Shown here one piece after another: positions 44,397 to 55,473 of a stretch of 64,000 nt of DNA. The notes below the pieces were generated by a model, which did not search any database, had not been told where the DNA came from, and worked only from the letters and a program-made list of their open reading frames with translations. Position 1 is the first letter of the stretch. Each line of letters begins with the position of its first letter. This stretch comes from a virus, in the IMG/VR virus record IMGVR_UViG_3300047510_002509; one strand, 5' to 3'. The position numbers and the translations under genes are program-made.

Positions 44397-45740
44397 ATGG
44401 CTGAAGAGACTTGCCCTCCAGCAACTCAAGATGTTGCTTTGAATCTAAAAAATCGCAAGAACGCGATTGACACTGCAATGTATGGACCACTCAATCCTGC
44501 AGAGCCAAACGAAGAGTATTGGACTGCACTTGGAAGCGAGTGGGGCGTAGATGCAGAAACTGCTAAAAAGCAGACTTGTGGCAATTGCGCTGTCTTTATT
44601 AAAACACCAGAGATGCTTTCATGCATTGAAAGCGGTTTGACCGACAACTCAGATGAGTTCGATTCAATTGATGCAGCTGGTGAACTAGGATATTGCGAAG
44701 CGTTTGATTTCAAATGTGCATCTGCACGTACATGTCGCGCTTGGGTTGCAGGTGGTCCTGTGACAGCTGCTGCTAAAAAGAAGATTGCACAAACCCCTGC
44801 CCCTAAAAAAGATCGCGTCAAAGGCTCTGACAAAAATACAAAGGGCTCAGCTGCAGGCGGTAAGAAAATCACTTTTACTCCTGCGATTGAAGCTTCTCTT
44901 CGAAAGAAGGCACAGGAGCACAACGAGAAGGCACCTAAGGGTCGCAAGACTTCCGTCTCAACGCTCAAGGCGGTCTACCGCCGTGGTGCAGGAGCCTATT
45001 CAGTATCTCATCGACCTGGGATGACTCGTAACCAGTGGGCTATGGGTCGCGTTAACGCTTTCCTTCGTCTACTTAAGTCTGGTAAGCCAAAGAACTCTGC
45101 GTACAAAGCAGATAATGACCTTCTACCAGCATCACACCCTAAGTCTTCAAAAAAGAACGCATCTTCAAAAGCAATTACAGCTTCTGCGTTGATTCCTGAA
45201 GAGCAGGCACTAGCAGACGCTCTTGTTTCAATCACAGAGAAATATGGCAAGTTTGACCAAGACGGTGATGGAGTTTGGGCTGGCTACACACCTGCTTCTG
45301 AGAACGAAGTAAAAGATATCGGCGTTAAGTGCTCCAACTGCGTCTTCTACCAAGCAGGAGATGTATGTCGAATTATTTCTCTTCCAATTGAAGATGATGG
45401 TAAGTGCCGTTTTGCTGTAATTCCAGAAGGCGTTGTAGATGTTTCGCAGGTTCCAGTTCGTGATGAAGAAGACCTAGAACTTCTTCTTGCATCTGCAGAG
45501 GCAGAAGCAGACCTAACCGTGGAGTTGAAGTCTGAAGAAGAGTACGAAACTCCAGAGTACGCAATTTTTGCCATGACAGAATATTCTGGACTTGGCTACG
45601 AAGCAGAGCCAGCTTTCCGTGCTGCTTGGCTTCGTGCAGTTCGCAACAATGAAAACCCATTTAAGCGAGCAGCAGTTCTTGCAGTAATGACATACGACAG
45701 CATGGATTCAGACCTTCTGCCGAAAAGGAAGAACAAGTAA
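44397..45740 (+). CDS. Multidomain head-associated protein
   Basis: Two Cys-rich domains (CGNC..F...GYC...C...C; CSNC.FY...C...C) flank LKAVYRRGAGAY...QWA.GRVN.F. Confidence 0.7.
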   Translation: MAEETCPPATQDVALNLKNRKNAIDTAMYGPLNPAEPNEEYWTALGSEWGVDAETAKKQTCGNCAVFIKTPEMLSCIESGLTDNSDEFDSIDAAGELGYCEAFDFKCASARTCRAWVAGGPVTAAAKKKIAQTPAPKKDRVKGSDKNTKGSAAGGKKITFTPAIEASLRKKAQEHNEKAPKGRKTSVSTLKAVYRRGAGAYSVSHRPGMTRNQWAMGRVNAFLRLLKSGKPKNSAYKADNDLLPASHPKSSKKNASSKAITASALIPEEQALADALVSITEKYGKFDQDGDGVWAGYTPASENEVKDIGVKCSNCVFYQAGDVCRIISLPIEDDGKCRFAVIPEGVVDVSQVPVRDEEDLELLLASAEAEADLTVELKSEEEYETPEYAIFAMTEYSGLGYEAEPAFRAAWLRAVRNNENPFKRAAVLAVMTYDSMDSDLLPKRKNK

Positions 45741-48700
45741 TGGCTGCCAAGAGCAAAATACAAGTACCAGTTATTTCTTATGAAGCGCAGAACCAGCGAA
45801 TTATTGATGCTGGTCTTGAGCTAGTTAAAGAAGCAAACTCTAAGTTTTCTGGTTCTCGCATTGTTACTCGTAGAGCTGCTCTTGCTGTTCTAAACCGTTC
45901 TTTGACAAAGTATGAAGGTGAGTCTTACTCTCTTCGTCGTATTCGCTCCATCAAAGAGTTAAACAACTACATCCAACTTGCTCAATACAACAAAGTTTTC
46001 TTTGGAACTGTAGATAACACAGACCTACTTCCAATCTCCCACCCACGTTCTACTCGCAAGCATGAGTTGAGCACTGCTGACCTTATGCGCCACCGCGCTC
46101 GCTGGATTGTTGACGACCCAAAGATTCAAGACGATGAGATTCGCTCTGTTCTAGCTTCTGCTCTAACTGCACACCCAGCTACCGCTGAGTACGAGTATTC
46201 AATCGCTCGCTTGCAGTCACTGCCACAGGGCACAGTCCCTTCTTACGCACTTCTAGCAGCTCTAGGTGATGGAAACTCATCTGCTGCACGTCGCGCTCGT
46301 GCTTTGCTACAGCGTCGTGACCGTAAGGGTCGCTTTGCGTTCATGGGCGGTTCACTTCGTGCTTTGATTCGTAAAGCAAATGGTGTTGTTCAATCTCTAA
46401 CTGGTAAGACTGTTGCTGCCGATGAGAACAGCGATACTTTTGACATTGAGTTGCCAAATGGTGACCTTGTTCGTGTCCCAGCCAAGTCTGCAGAAGGTGT
46501 CAAGGCAGTTCTTAAGTCTGCTCAAAATCCAGATGGATATAGCAAGACTCCTGCAAAGGTAAAAACTGGTGACCCAGTTGTTGATGAAAAAGATTTAATT
46601 AAGCTCGATGCTCCTGCAGGATTTAGCAAGGATGAAAGCTGGTCTCCAAGCGAAGACGACCAGAAGTACTACGGAACCAAGATTGACCTTGGAACCAAGT
46701 ACACAGATGATGCATACGACGTTATTAAAGTTTCTAGCCCTAACGCATTTGCTAAAGACCAATTCGAAGCAGCACAACAGCGCGAAGGAGAAGGTCAGAA
46801 CGTTGTTACAGAAGGACTTGGAAAGAATGGCTCACTAGACCCAAATCTTCCTGTCTACTTTGTATCTCGCCGTGGAGAGAACGAGAAGTTCCCGTTTGCT
46901 GCTGTACAGCGTTGGTCTGATGTTCAGGACTACATTGCACAGGATGAACCAAAGTTTGAGAAGAACGAACTACCAGACCCATCAAAGATGCTTGATGAAG
47001 GTCAAGAAGCTTCTGAGCCACAAGCCCCAGAGGCAACACCTGCTGAAGGTCTTGAAGGCAAGTTAGTTCCTAAATCTTCAAAGAAGAATTTGAAGAAAGA
47101 CCAGAAGAAGTATCAAAAGGCTCTTAAGGATTATGAGAAGAGTGGTGGAACATTCCCACTCGACCCGACCAAAGACCACATGCTTCTTCCAGATGGCACA
47201 GTTGTTGACGCTGAGACTGGTGAGGTTGTTCGTAATGCAGATGGAACCTCTGCAAAAATTAAGCCTGGAACTGAAGCATCTGAAGTTCCTGCTGGCGCAT
47301 ACAAGATGGACGATGCTCCATACACACCACAGGGAGCCGATGCAGATGTAGAGTCTGCTGACTACACAGATGACCCTGCTGAAATCGCACAAAAGTTTGA
47401 TACTCCAGAAATTACTGATGCTTTGGAAAAAGCTGTTGATGGAGACGGAACTTCTCAGCTTCCATTTGAAGCAGGAGATGAGTCTGTACCTGCTGAGGCT
47501 CTAAGAGATGCTCTTGATGAAAAGGGCGAAGACTCTAAAAGCATTCTTGCAAAAATTTACGACAAGATTAAAAACAAGCTTTCAGGTAAGAAAGAAGAAG
47601 CTACACCTGAAGTTCCTCAAGATGTTGTAGATGAATTAGGCAAAGACTTACCAGAGTCTCCAATGCCATCTGCTGATGCAGACCCAGCAAAATTGCCTGC
47701 ACTGCTTGATGGATTGTCTGATGCAGAAAAAGACGAGTATGCCAAAACTGGCGATTACGCCAAGCATCTTCCAAAAAATAAAGATGATTTTGATTTGCCA
47801 GAAGGTTACGGCTTCCTAGACGCAGAGCCTTTTAACAAAGACCTATTCACACTTCCAGAGGATGCTCCAGAAGGATTTAATTTCGACCCAATCGATATTG
47901 CAAATAACTACGACACTGAAGCACTTAAGAAGGAGTTGCGTCGCGCTGTGGAACCAGGCGGCGATGGTTATGGAATTCTTTCTCAAGAGACTGATACTGG
48001 CGAAGATTACAATGGGTACGTTCCAGCAGAAGCGATTCGCGATGCGCTTCAACTACAAGGTGAAGACACTAATTCTCTTCTTAATGACATTTACGAAGAA
48101 GGTATCGCTGGTCAAGAAGACCTAACCCCTGTAGAAATCAGTGACGCTCTGGAAGGAGAAGAACCTGAAACATCCGAAGGAACACCAACCCCTGAGCAAG
48201 AAGCGCCTGCCGAAGCCCCGCAACAAGTTGCGACGGATGAAGCGGGACCCGAAACCGTTGCCAATATTGGAGAACCAAGCGGACCTGCAATCGTTGAATC
48301 AAAAGCAGGAGATCTCAAACCAGGAGATATAACTGTTGGTGACAACTTTACGATTGAAAACGTATTTTCTGATGAAGAGTCTGAGGCACTAAAACCGGGT
48401 TCAGTTTGGGTTGAGGGTTACTATCCAGGTCACGTCACACAAAAGACTAAATTGTGGAACGCAGACACAAACATTTCTGTTTTCCGTAACGTCGAGCCTC
48501 CTGCAAAGGGAGACTTGCCAGAGCTGTCTAAGCCAAAGCCAAAAGAGTTTGACCCTGAAGGCAAGATTTACAAGGACAAGGTCCTTGGTGTTTTTGTTCC
48601 AAAAGATGGAGAAGCTCGCAGCAAGTTCCTCGATGCTCTAGACCAATACAACGCTCAGATGGCAGAGGCTAAAGCTAAGTGGCAAGAGCCAGAAGGTCTA

Positions 48701-51700
48701 GACAAGTGGCACAGTAAAGAAGACACTGTTTCTTCTGTTCCTGTTTCTAACCCTGTTGCCATTGTTGAAGTTCCTGCAGCTGAAGTAAAAGCTGGAGACA
48801 TAACTTTCAAGAAAGAGAAAGACGCTCCAAACTACGAATTTTTTGTTGTTGAAGAGAACCTCGGCATTGACCCAGAAACAGGTCAGGCAAAACTAAAGGG
48901 ATTCTATCCAGGACACGTCTCTCAGGAGAAGGCTTGGAACGCAGGAACTCTTATCAAAGTTATGCGTGGAACTCAGGACTTGCCTTCACCTGGCGACAAG
49001 CCAGCTCTAGAGCGTCCAAAGTATGCAGACCCAGATTACAACTCTAAGAAGGCTGCTTTTGATAAAGCTAAAGCAGAGTCTGGTGCAGCTTTCACACCTC
49101 CAATTGACCCAGAAACAACCACAGCTGCAGTTCCTCCAAAGCCATCTCGCCCTGTTTACCCAATCTTTGGTGGCGGCGAGAAGCTCAAGTCGATTCTTGC
49201 TGAAGCTAATGGAGACCCAGCAAAGCTCAAGGAACTTCTTAATAATGAAGTTATTGTCAGCTTTGATTTTGAAACTGCTGCAAACAAGACAAAAGTATTT
49301 AACGAGCAAAAGCCAATTCAAGTTGCAGTTACAAAGACTAAGAATGGCGAGCTTGTAGAAGAGCCTCTAGTTCTTTGGATGAATCCTGAAGTACCTCTAG
49401 GCGATTTCTACAAGAAGGCTGACTCAGAAGGTATTCTCAAGGACACTGAAGGAAACCCAATCTCTGATGAGTGGCTCGCTAAGCAGCAATCTATTAGTGA
49501 AGCTTTTGCCAAGATTAAGGAATACCTTGGTGACGAGCCTGTAATTCTCATGGGCCATAACATCAGTGACTTTGATATCCCAATTCTTCAGCGCCACATG
49601 GAAGAAATCGGTGAGACTGTAAATATTGGTGGAACTATTGACACACTTCCACTTGCAAAGAAGTTAAAGTTCCTTGGAGATGGAAACAAGCTTGCTGAAG
49701 TTTACGCAAAGTATTTCCCTGAGAAGGGAGACCTCAACTGGCACGACGCTGCAACTGATGTTTCAGTTCTTCCAGACATTCTCAACGCAATGCTTGATGA
49801 AACTGCGTTAACTAAGAATCCTCTAGTTTTAGAAGATTTCGACATTGATGCAGCAAAGGCTAAGTACGATGCAGCTGTAGCAGACTACCTTGCTAGTAAG
49901 GCTAAGAAGTCTAAGGTTGAAACAGACCAGATTATGGCTGAGACTGTTGCTAAGGGCGGCGAAGGGGAGACTGTTGACTCTCTTATCGAGAAGGTCCCAG
50001 CTGAGCTTCCAACAAAAGATGACCTAACTTCTGCAACTATCTCTGAAGTCGTTACAACAGAGCCAGACATCGAGTCTGTCCTTGGTGGATTTGTTTCCAA
50101 CAACTATGTAAATGACCCAGAAAACGTTACCTACCTAGGTGCAGTTCCTGTTGAAGAGTGGAAAGCAGGAGACTTTATTGCTGCACCAAACGGCGGATAC
50201 TGGGAAGTCCTCTCAATTGAGCCAGACCCAGAAAACGATAAAAAAGTTTTTGTTAATCGACGTCTGCTTGCAAACGGTAACGTTTACAGCGCCGAGAACG
50301 GAAAAATTAACAGCTGGGTTAAGTATGCGAAGTACGGTTTGTGGAGACGTAACTCTGCTACTACTGAAGTAGAACCAGAGCCAGAGCTAGAACAACCACA
50401 ACTTGAAACCGATGAGGCCCCAAAGAAGGAGGAGTCCGCTGGTACTTGGGAGGGTTACAAGATTTCTCAAGGCACCGACGGTGTTTACTATGCCGAAAAC
50501 ATTAAGTCTGAGGATGTACAGAAACTAAAGAGTGGTGAGCTAACACCTCCACAAACTCCATTCTTTGCACCACTTGGCGGCGGAAATGATCAAGAGACTG
50601 GAGAAGGCTACTTCTTCACCACAGATGGCAAGCGCTTCTGGGGTAAGTATGGTGCCGCTGGTGCTTTGGTACGTCGCAAGAATGCAGATGGAGAGTACGA
50701 GTACTTCTTAGCAAAGCGTTCTTCAAGCCTATCCCAAGGTGGTGGCAAGTGGGGCATCCCAGGTGGTGCTCACAAAGACCAACTTATGGCGAAGACTCCA
50801 CAAGCAACTTCCAAAGAAGAGTTTATGGAAGAAGTTGGTGGTGACCTCACTAACCTCACACCTATCTACACCGACATTAACAAGGTTGGGGCAGAGTGGG
50901 GCTACGAGACAGATGTTTATGAAGTAGGACCAAACCAATTCAAAGACCTTTCCAGCAAGGATGGAGAGAACACTGCAGTTGGTTGGTTCACCGCTGACCA
51001 AATTACCAAGATGGCAGATGAAGGAAAACTTCACTCAGACTTTGCTGACTCATTCCCAGGAATTATTGACTCTGTAAATCTTGATGCTCCTACCTCTGGT
51101 AAGCCAACTACCACTGAAACCGTATTTGCTGAAGATGTTTCAACAACATTCGACACCAGCAAGTGGGTCAAGTCAGGTGGACAAGGTGGTTCTAACCAAG
51201 GTGCTTTCTACACTGACCCACAAACTGGTCAGCAGTACTACGTAAAGAAGCCAAAGTCTGACAAGCACGCTGCGAATGAAGTTCTTGGCGGTGCATTATA
51301 CGAAGCTGCAGGTGTTAAGTTCGGTCGTGCTTATCTAGGTGTAGACAAGAGTGGAAAAACTGTTTTAGTTTCTCCAGTTATTGACGGTTCAAAAGCTGAT
51401 CTTGCTAGCAAGAAGAATGATGAAACAGTGAAAAAGAATGCTCAAGCAGATTTCGCTGTTGATGCATGGCTTGCTAACTACGATGCAGTAGGTCTTGAGT
51501 ATGACAACATGCTTACCGACGGCGAAGGAAATGTCACCCGTGTTGATGCAGGTGGTTCACTTCTATTCCGTGCACAGGGTAAAAACAAAGAAAACTTTGG
51601 AGAAGAAGTAACTGAACTTGACAGCATGCTTGATTCTGATACGAATCCACAAGCTGCCGATATTTTCTCGGGTATGACTCCAGACGAACTCGCTGAATCT

Positions 51701-54700
51701 GGTAAGAAGGTTGCTGCCGTCACTCCAGAAAAGATTGACGAACTGGTTGATGCAGCGTTCCCTGAAGACCCTGAGACCGCAGAAATGCTTAAGAGCCTTC
51801 TAAAGGCACGTCGTACAAACCTTATGCAAAAACTTGGTGTTGAAGAAGTTGCAGCAGACGCACCTGAAGCTGTCTCAACTACGCAGAAAGTTCGTAAGCT
51901 TTCAACTGCCGATGACATGCAGGCTCAAATTGAAGATGCAATTGCTAACGGCGACATGATTTTATTTAGCTATAACGGAAAAGACCGTTTAGTAAAGCCA
52001 CAGGAAATCAAAGAAGGCAAAAACGGAAACGTCAACGTTATTACTGTAGACAACACAGGTGTCATCAAGGCATTCACCATTGGAAAGATGGAAGATGCAG
52101 AAGGTGATGGAACAAACGTTCCAGAAAGTTCTGTAACAAAACCAGCACCAGAAGCAGAAATCTTAGAAACACCAGGAACACCAGTTGAAAAACCAACTGA
52201 ACTTCCTGCTGCAGAAAAGCAAAAAGTTTTAGATGACTTGTCAGATGTTGTTGATGGTGTGTTTGGTAAAGCCAACACCACCGATGAGCTAAAAGAAACT
52301 CTTGAAGGTCTAAAAGAAGGTTCACAGAATCCAGACCTAGTTGATTCTTTACTCTCTTCGGTTGATGCACCAGAAGAGTTAGAAACTGCTGAAGAAAAAC
52401 TAGCTGCAGACATTACAGACCTTACTCCAGAAGACCCAGAGCTTGCTTCAACCCCACTTACGGTTGAACAGGCTGAAAAGGTTATGTCTGATCCATCTCT
52501 TACTGACCCAGAACTTATTTGGAAGTCAGTAAAGGAAGACTACAACGGCAGTGTTCTTGAAAATGGACACATTGTTGTCCATTCTGTAATGCATGGAGAG
52601 GACCGCTACGACGTTGTGGTTCGCAGAAACGAGAGCAACAGCTTCGAGGTATATCACCGAATTACTTTTGCAAACGGCACAAGTAAGGTTTACTTCCTAT
52701 CAAAGAAGAACCACTCAAGTGAGGCTCTTAAGAACTCTATTGCAGACCAGATTTACAATGCTAATAGCAAACCTAAATATCTAAAGAGCAAGACCAAACC
52801 CGAGACGGACAAATCTCTACTACCGACTTCCGAGGAATCAGTCCCTACTAAAAAAGAAGCTCACATTGCTGCTGATGGAACTGTTCTTGAGGAAGGTATG
52901 ACTGTTAAAATTGTCAACCCTTCTCACTCTAAATTTGGTCAAACTGCCGTTATTAAAAAGAAGCGTTTGTATTGGAAGGTCGGAAAGTATGTGTACACCG
53001 ACTACCTAAACGTTGTGTATGAAGATGGCGAAAAGAATAAAATTCGCTCTCTAAGCGTTACTCCAATCGATAGCGAGTGGAAGTGGGGCGACCCAACCCC
53101 AAAAACTGACTCAACTCCTGATTCAGCAACCCCTGCCACTCCTACAACTGCACCAGCAGAAGTCCCAGCAACACCAGAAGCTTCTTCTGCACCTACAGGA
53201 GAAAGTTCTAGCCCGTACTTCACTGGACAATCAATTAGCGGAGCAAAAACTCTCAAAGATGTTTTGAAGAAAGCTCAAGAAAAAAACTCTGTCGAGCATT
53301 ACACATATTTCGGTGCGCAGAGTCAATCTGACTACAAGAATGTATTTAAGCCTGCTGGCATGTTCCTTAAAGACCCAGAGTCTAAGAATATGTTTCCTGG
53401 TTTGATTGCATCTAACGCAAGTCCAGCTGCTGGAGACCAAGACCTTGCTAGCCACGGTGTAATCACTAACTTGAATCCATCAGATAACACCGTTGAGATT
53501 TCATATTTTGATGGACCGCTCGCAGGTGAAAGCAAGACTTTGCCAAACGACAAAGTATGGAGCCGTGAAAAGTTCCTAACCATCGAGCAGGCAAAAGAAC
53601 TTGACATTGATGTTGACCCTTCTTATCTAAAAAAAGCTCTTCAAGTAGCTAAGGATAAAGCTGAAGCTTACGAAAAAGAACTTCTTAAGAAAAAGAAGCA
53701 AGCCGAAATCGAAGCACAGGAGAAGGCTCTTAAAGCAGAGTTCGAGGTTGAAGGTGGTGGATTTGAGCAAGCACCCGCTGAAAACAAACCAGCAGATTGG
53801 AGCAGCTCATCTTCTGATGCTGTACCCTCACTAGCTTCCGCTGTATCTCAAGTAAAAGAAGGTAATGCAGTAGTTGCAACTAATGGCGTATCTGCTTTGG
53901 TTGACGCCGATGAAATTGAAGACTTAGAAGTTAAAGTTCAAAAGGTAAAAGTAAAAGGCAATAAAGAAAATATTCGCGTTACTTTTAAACTCACCCCGTG
54001 GGCAGGAAATGGTGTAGCTGCCGCTTTGTCTAATAATCCTGAAGCAACAAAGTCAGATGCTATTCAGATGACAATGTGGGAAACAGACCCCGAAAGCGGT
54101 CTTCTTAAGCAAGGAAAGTTTTTCAAGACTGGCGGTGAAGACTCGAAGCGTCGTACCGTAGATAAATATGAAAAAGGTACGACTATTACAGGTAAAGCAG
54201 GAAAAGGTGTTTTTAACTTCATTCGTGCCACTAAAGATATCGATGATAGTGAAGTTGATTTTACAAAACACTATTCATACAGCAACTACACAGTTGGTTT
54301 ACACAACCGCGTAGAACTACTTCTTCCTGCAGACGCTACTGAAAAAGATATTGCTGATGCTATGTCTGTTTTCGGTGTTCAATCTGTAAAACCAGCAAGC
54401 CCAGAGGATGTGAAAGGTGTTGTAGAGAACAAACTTATTTGGCTACTTGGAAAACACACCACGGGTAAGAAAAACTACAAGGGTATTCTACGTGAACAGA
54501 AGCTACAGCAGATCGAGCAAGAGTGGGGCGTAACTGCAGATGATGTCGAAGTAAAGCTCGACACAACTGGAACAGTCGAGTACCTACTTCCAGAAAGTGT
54601 TGGAAAAAAGATTTCTGATTTTACTGGAATTAAATATTTCTACCACAAAACTACTGGGAAAGATTTTCCATCCGATTCAGATGGTCAGGCAGAAGCTTTG

Positions 54701-55153
54701 TACAAAATGATTCTTCGAGGTGGAATTTTGGCAACAGGCCAGAGATGGGACAACGGTCTAAACATGGGAGGTATGTCCTCCAGCGAAGACTTGCGTGCTA
54801 ACGGTGGGAACTATGTTTTCACCTACGGGTCACACTCCAGCAAATCAAATGGTTCTAACAGCGGGAGTCCAACATGGAATTTTGATGCTGCCAAGCTTTT
54901 CCGCAAATTAGGGTACTACTCGACGGGCGGAGACCAGTATGGGCAACTTAAGGGGGAAAACTTCGACGTAATGGATAACATGAAGAATAACGCTTCACAG
55001 ATTATGTTTAAGAAGAACCTATCTTGGGCTGACCTTGCAGTGGTGAACATGAGCCCAGCGGTGAGAAAAAAGCTTATTGAAAAGTTGACCCAGGGAAATA
55101 ATGAAATTGTTAGTGGAGTAAATGTCGTTGACATTCTGAAGGAGGACAGCTAA
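45740..55153 (+). CDS. Giant polyvalent head protein (DEDDh exonuclease, Nudix, HipA/PI3K-like kinase, WYL-like, ART-like)
   Basis: DFET/HN..FD/DTL/HDA..D; W..PGG...EE..EEVG; GSN.G..YVK..NE..DAWLAN.D..DN..D.G; YHKT..IL.GG.L..YVF. Confidence 0.8.
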   Translation: MAAKSKIQVPVISYEAQNQRIIDAGLELVKEANSKFSGSRIVTRRAALAVLNRSLTKYEGESYSLRRIRSIKELNNYIQLAQYNKVFFGTVDNTDLLPISHPRSTRKHELSTADLMRHRARWIVDDPKIQDDEIRSVLASALTAHPATAEYEYSIARLQSLPQGTVPSYALLAALGDGNSSAARRARALLQRRDRKGRFAFMGGSLRALIRKANGVVQSLTGKTVAADENSDTFDIELPNGDLVRVPAKSAEGVKAVLKSAQNPDGYSKTPAKVKTGDPVVDEKDLIKLDAPAGFSKDESWSPSEDDQKYYGTKIDLGTKYTDDAYDVIKVSSPNAFAKDQFEAAQQREGEGQNVVTEGLGKNGSLDPNLPVYFVSRRGENEKFPFAAVQRWSDVQDYIAQDEPKFEKNELPDPSKMLDEGQEASEPQAPEATPAEGLEGKLVPKSSKKNLKKDQKKYQKALKDYEKSGGTFPLDPTKDHMLLPDGTVVDAETGEVVRNADGTSAKIKPGTEASEVPAGAYKMDDAPYTPQGADADVESADYTDDPAEIAQKFDTPEITDALEKAVDGDGTSQLPFEAGDESVPAEALRDALDEKGEDSKSILAKIYDKIKNKLSGKKEEATPEVPQDVVDELGKDLPESPMPSADADPAKLPALLDGLSDAEKDEYAKTGDYAKHLPKNKDDFDLPEGYGFLDAEPFNKDLFTLPEDAPEGFNFDPIDIANNYDTEALKKELRRAVEPGGDGYGILSQETDTGEDYNGYVPAEAIRDALQLQGEDTNSLLNDIYEEGIAGQEDLTPVEISDALEGEEPETSEGTPTPEQEAPAEAPQQVATDEAGPETVANIGEPSGPAIVESKAGDLKPGDITVGDNFTIENVFSDEESEALKPGSVWVEGYYPGHVTQKTKLWNADTNISVFRNVEPPAKGDLPELSKPKPKEFDPEGKIYKDKVLGVFVPKDGEARSKFLDALDQYNAQMAEAKAKWQEPEGLDKWHSKEDTVSSVPVSNPVAIVEVPAAEVKAGDITFKKEKDAPNYEFFVVEENLGIDPETGQAKLKGFYPGHVSQEKAWNAGTLIKVMRGTQDLPSPGDKPALERPKYADPDYNSKKAAFDKAKAESGAAFTPPIDPETTTAAVPPKPSRPVYPIFGGGEKLKSILAEANGDPAKLKELLNNEVIVSFDFETAANKTKVFNEQKPIQVAVTKTKNGELVEEPLVLWMNPEVPLGDFYKKADSEGILKDTEGNPISDEWLAKQQSISEAFAKIKEYLGDEPVILMGHNISDFDIPILQRHMEEIGETVNIGGTIDTLPLAKKLKFLGDGNKLAEVYAKYFPEKGDLNWHDAATDVSVLPDILNAMLDETALTKNPLVLEDFDIDAAKAKYDAAVADYLASKAKKSKVETDQIMAETVAKGGEGETVDSLIEKVPAELPTKDDLTSATISEVVTTEPDIESVLGGFVSNNYVNDPENVTYLGAVPVEEWKAGDFIAAPNGGYWEVLSIEPDPENDKKVFVNRRLLANGNVYSAENGKINSWVKYAKYGLWRRNSATTEVEPEPELEQPQLETDEAPKKEESAGTWEGYKISQGTDGVYYAENIKSEDVQKLKSGELTPPQTPFFAPLGGGNDQETGEGYFFTTDGKRFWGKYGAAGALVRRKNADGEYEYFLAKRSSSLSQGGGKWGIPGGAHKDQLMAKTPQATSKEEFMEEVGGDLTNLTPIYTDINKVGAEWGYETDVYEVGPNQFKDLSSKDGENTAVGWFTADQITKMADEGKLHSDFADSFPGIIDSVNLDAPTSGKPTTTETVFAEDVSTTFDTSKWVKSGGQGGSNQGAFYTDPQTGQQYYVKKPKSDKHAANEVLGGALYEAAGVKFGRAYLGVDKSGKTVLVSPVIDGSKADLASKKNDETVKKNAQADFAVDAWLANYDAVGLEYDNMLTDGEGNVTRVDAGGSLLFRAQGKNKENFGEEVTELDSMLDSDTNPQAADIFSGMTPDELAESGKKVAAVTPEKIDELVDAAFPEDPETAEMLKSLLKARRTNLMQKLGVEEVAADAPEAVSTTQKVRKLSTADDMQAQIEDAIANGDMILFSYNGKDRLVKPQEIKEGKNGNVNVITVDNTGVIKAFTIGKMEDAEGDGTNVPESSVTKPAPEAEILETPGTPVEKPTELPAAEKQKVLDDLSDVVDGVFGKANTTDELKETLEGLKEGSQNPDLVDSLLSSVDAPEELETAEEKLAADITDLTPEDPELASTPLTVEQAEKVMSDPSLTDPELIWKSVKEDYNGSVLENGHIVVHSVMHGEDRYDVVVRRNESNSFEVYHRITFANGTSKVYFLSKKNHSSEALKNSIADQIYNANSKPKYLKSKTKPETDKSLLPTSEESVPTKKEAHIAADGTVLEEGMTVKIVNPSHSKFGQTAVIKKKRLYWKVGKYVYTDYLNVVYEDGEKNKIRSLSVTPIDSEWKWGDPTPKTDSTPDSATPATPTTAPAEVPATPEASSAPTGESSSPYFTGQSISGAKTLKDVLKKAQEKNSVEHYTYFGAQSQSDYKNVFKPAGMFLKDPESKNMFPGLIASNASPAAGDQDLASHGVITNLNPSDNTVEISYFDGPLAGESKTLPNDKVWSREKFLTIEQAKELDIDVDPSYLKKALQVAKDKAEAYEKELLKKKKQAEIEAQEKALKAEFEVEGGGFEQAPAENKPADWSSSSSDAVPSLASAVSQVKEGNAVVATNGVSALVDADEIEDLEVKVQKVKVKGNKENIRVTFKLTPWAGNGVAAALSNNPEATKSDAIQMTMWETDPESGLLKQGKFFKTGGEDSKRRTVDKYEKGTTITGKAGKGVFNFIRATKDIDDSEVDFTKHYSYSNYTVGLHNRVELLLPADATEKDIADAMSVFGVQSVKPASPEDVKGVVENKLIWLLGKHTTGKKNYKGILREQKLQQIEQEWGVTADDVEVKLDTTGTVEYLLPESVGKKISDFTGIKYFYHKTTGKDFPSDSDGQAEALYKMILRGGILATGQRWDNGLNMGGMSSSEDLRANGGNYVFTYGSHSSKSNGSNSGSPTWNFDAAKLFRKLGYYSTGGDQYGQLKGENFDVMDNMKNNASQIMFKKNLSWADLAVVNMSPAVRKKLIEKLTQGNNEIVSGVNVVDILKEDS

Positions 55154-55155
55154 TC

Positions 55156-55473
55156 ATGTCTTTTGTAGAAGATAAGATAATTTTCGACACTCCAGGCATG
55201 TTGGAGCGACTTACCCAGCCAGAGCCATATAAACTCCCTTATCAATCAGTCCTCTATAAAACATACGATGGCGATGAAGTAGACCAAAGCGGTCTTCTTG
55301 TAGACGACAAGATGTTTTTTGTGCCTGAAAATGAGCTAATCATTAATAATGAGGCGCGTACAATTGAGTTTGAGGCATACGAAAACAGATACATAGTTCG
55401 CCCCTACTCTGCGGAAGAGTTAGATGAAATCGCAAGGAACGAGCAGGAAGAGGAGACAGAAGCCGATGAGTAA
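55156..55473 (+). CDS. Small acidic protein
   Basis: GGAGGA SD, directly after the giant gene. Confidence 0.75.
   Translation: MSFVEDKIIFDTPGMLERLTQPEPYKLPYQSVLYKTYDGDEVDQSGLLVDDKMFFVPENELIINNEARTIEFEAYENRYIVRPYSAEELDEIARNEQEEETEADE

Noticed and set aside
48290-50350. Intein or Hint domain in the giant protein (A.DLK.GD-like words)
   Set aside because: No N-terminal Cys block or C-terminal HN motif; the units look like short SH3/KOW-like repeats.
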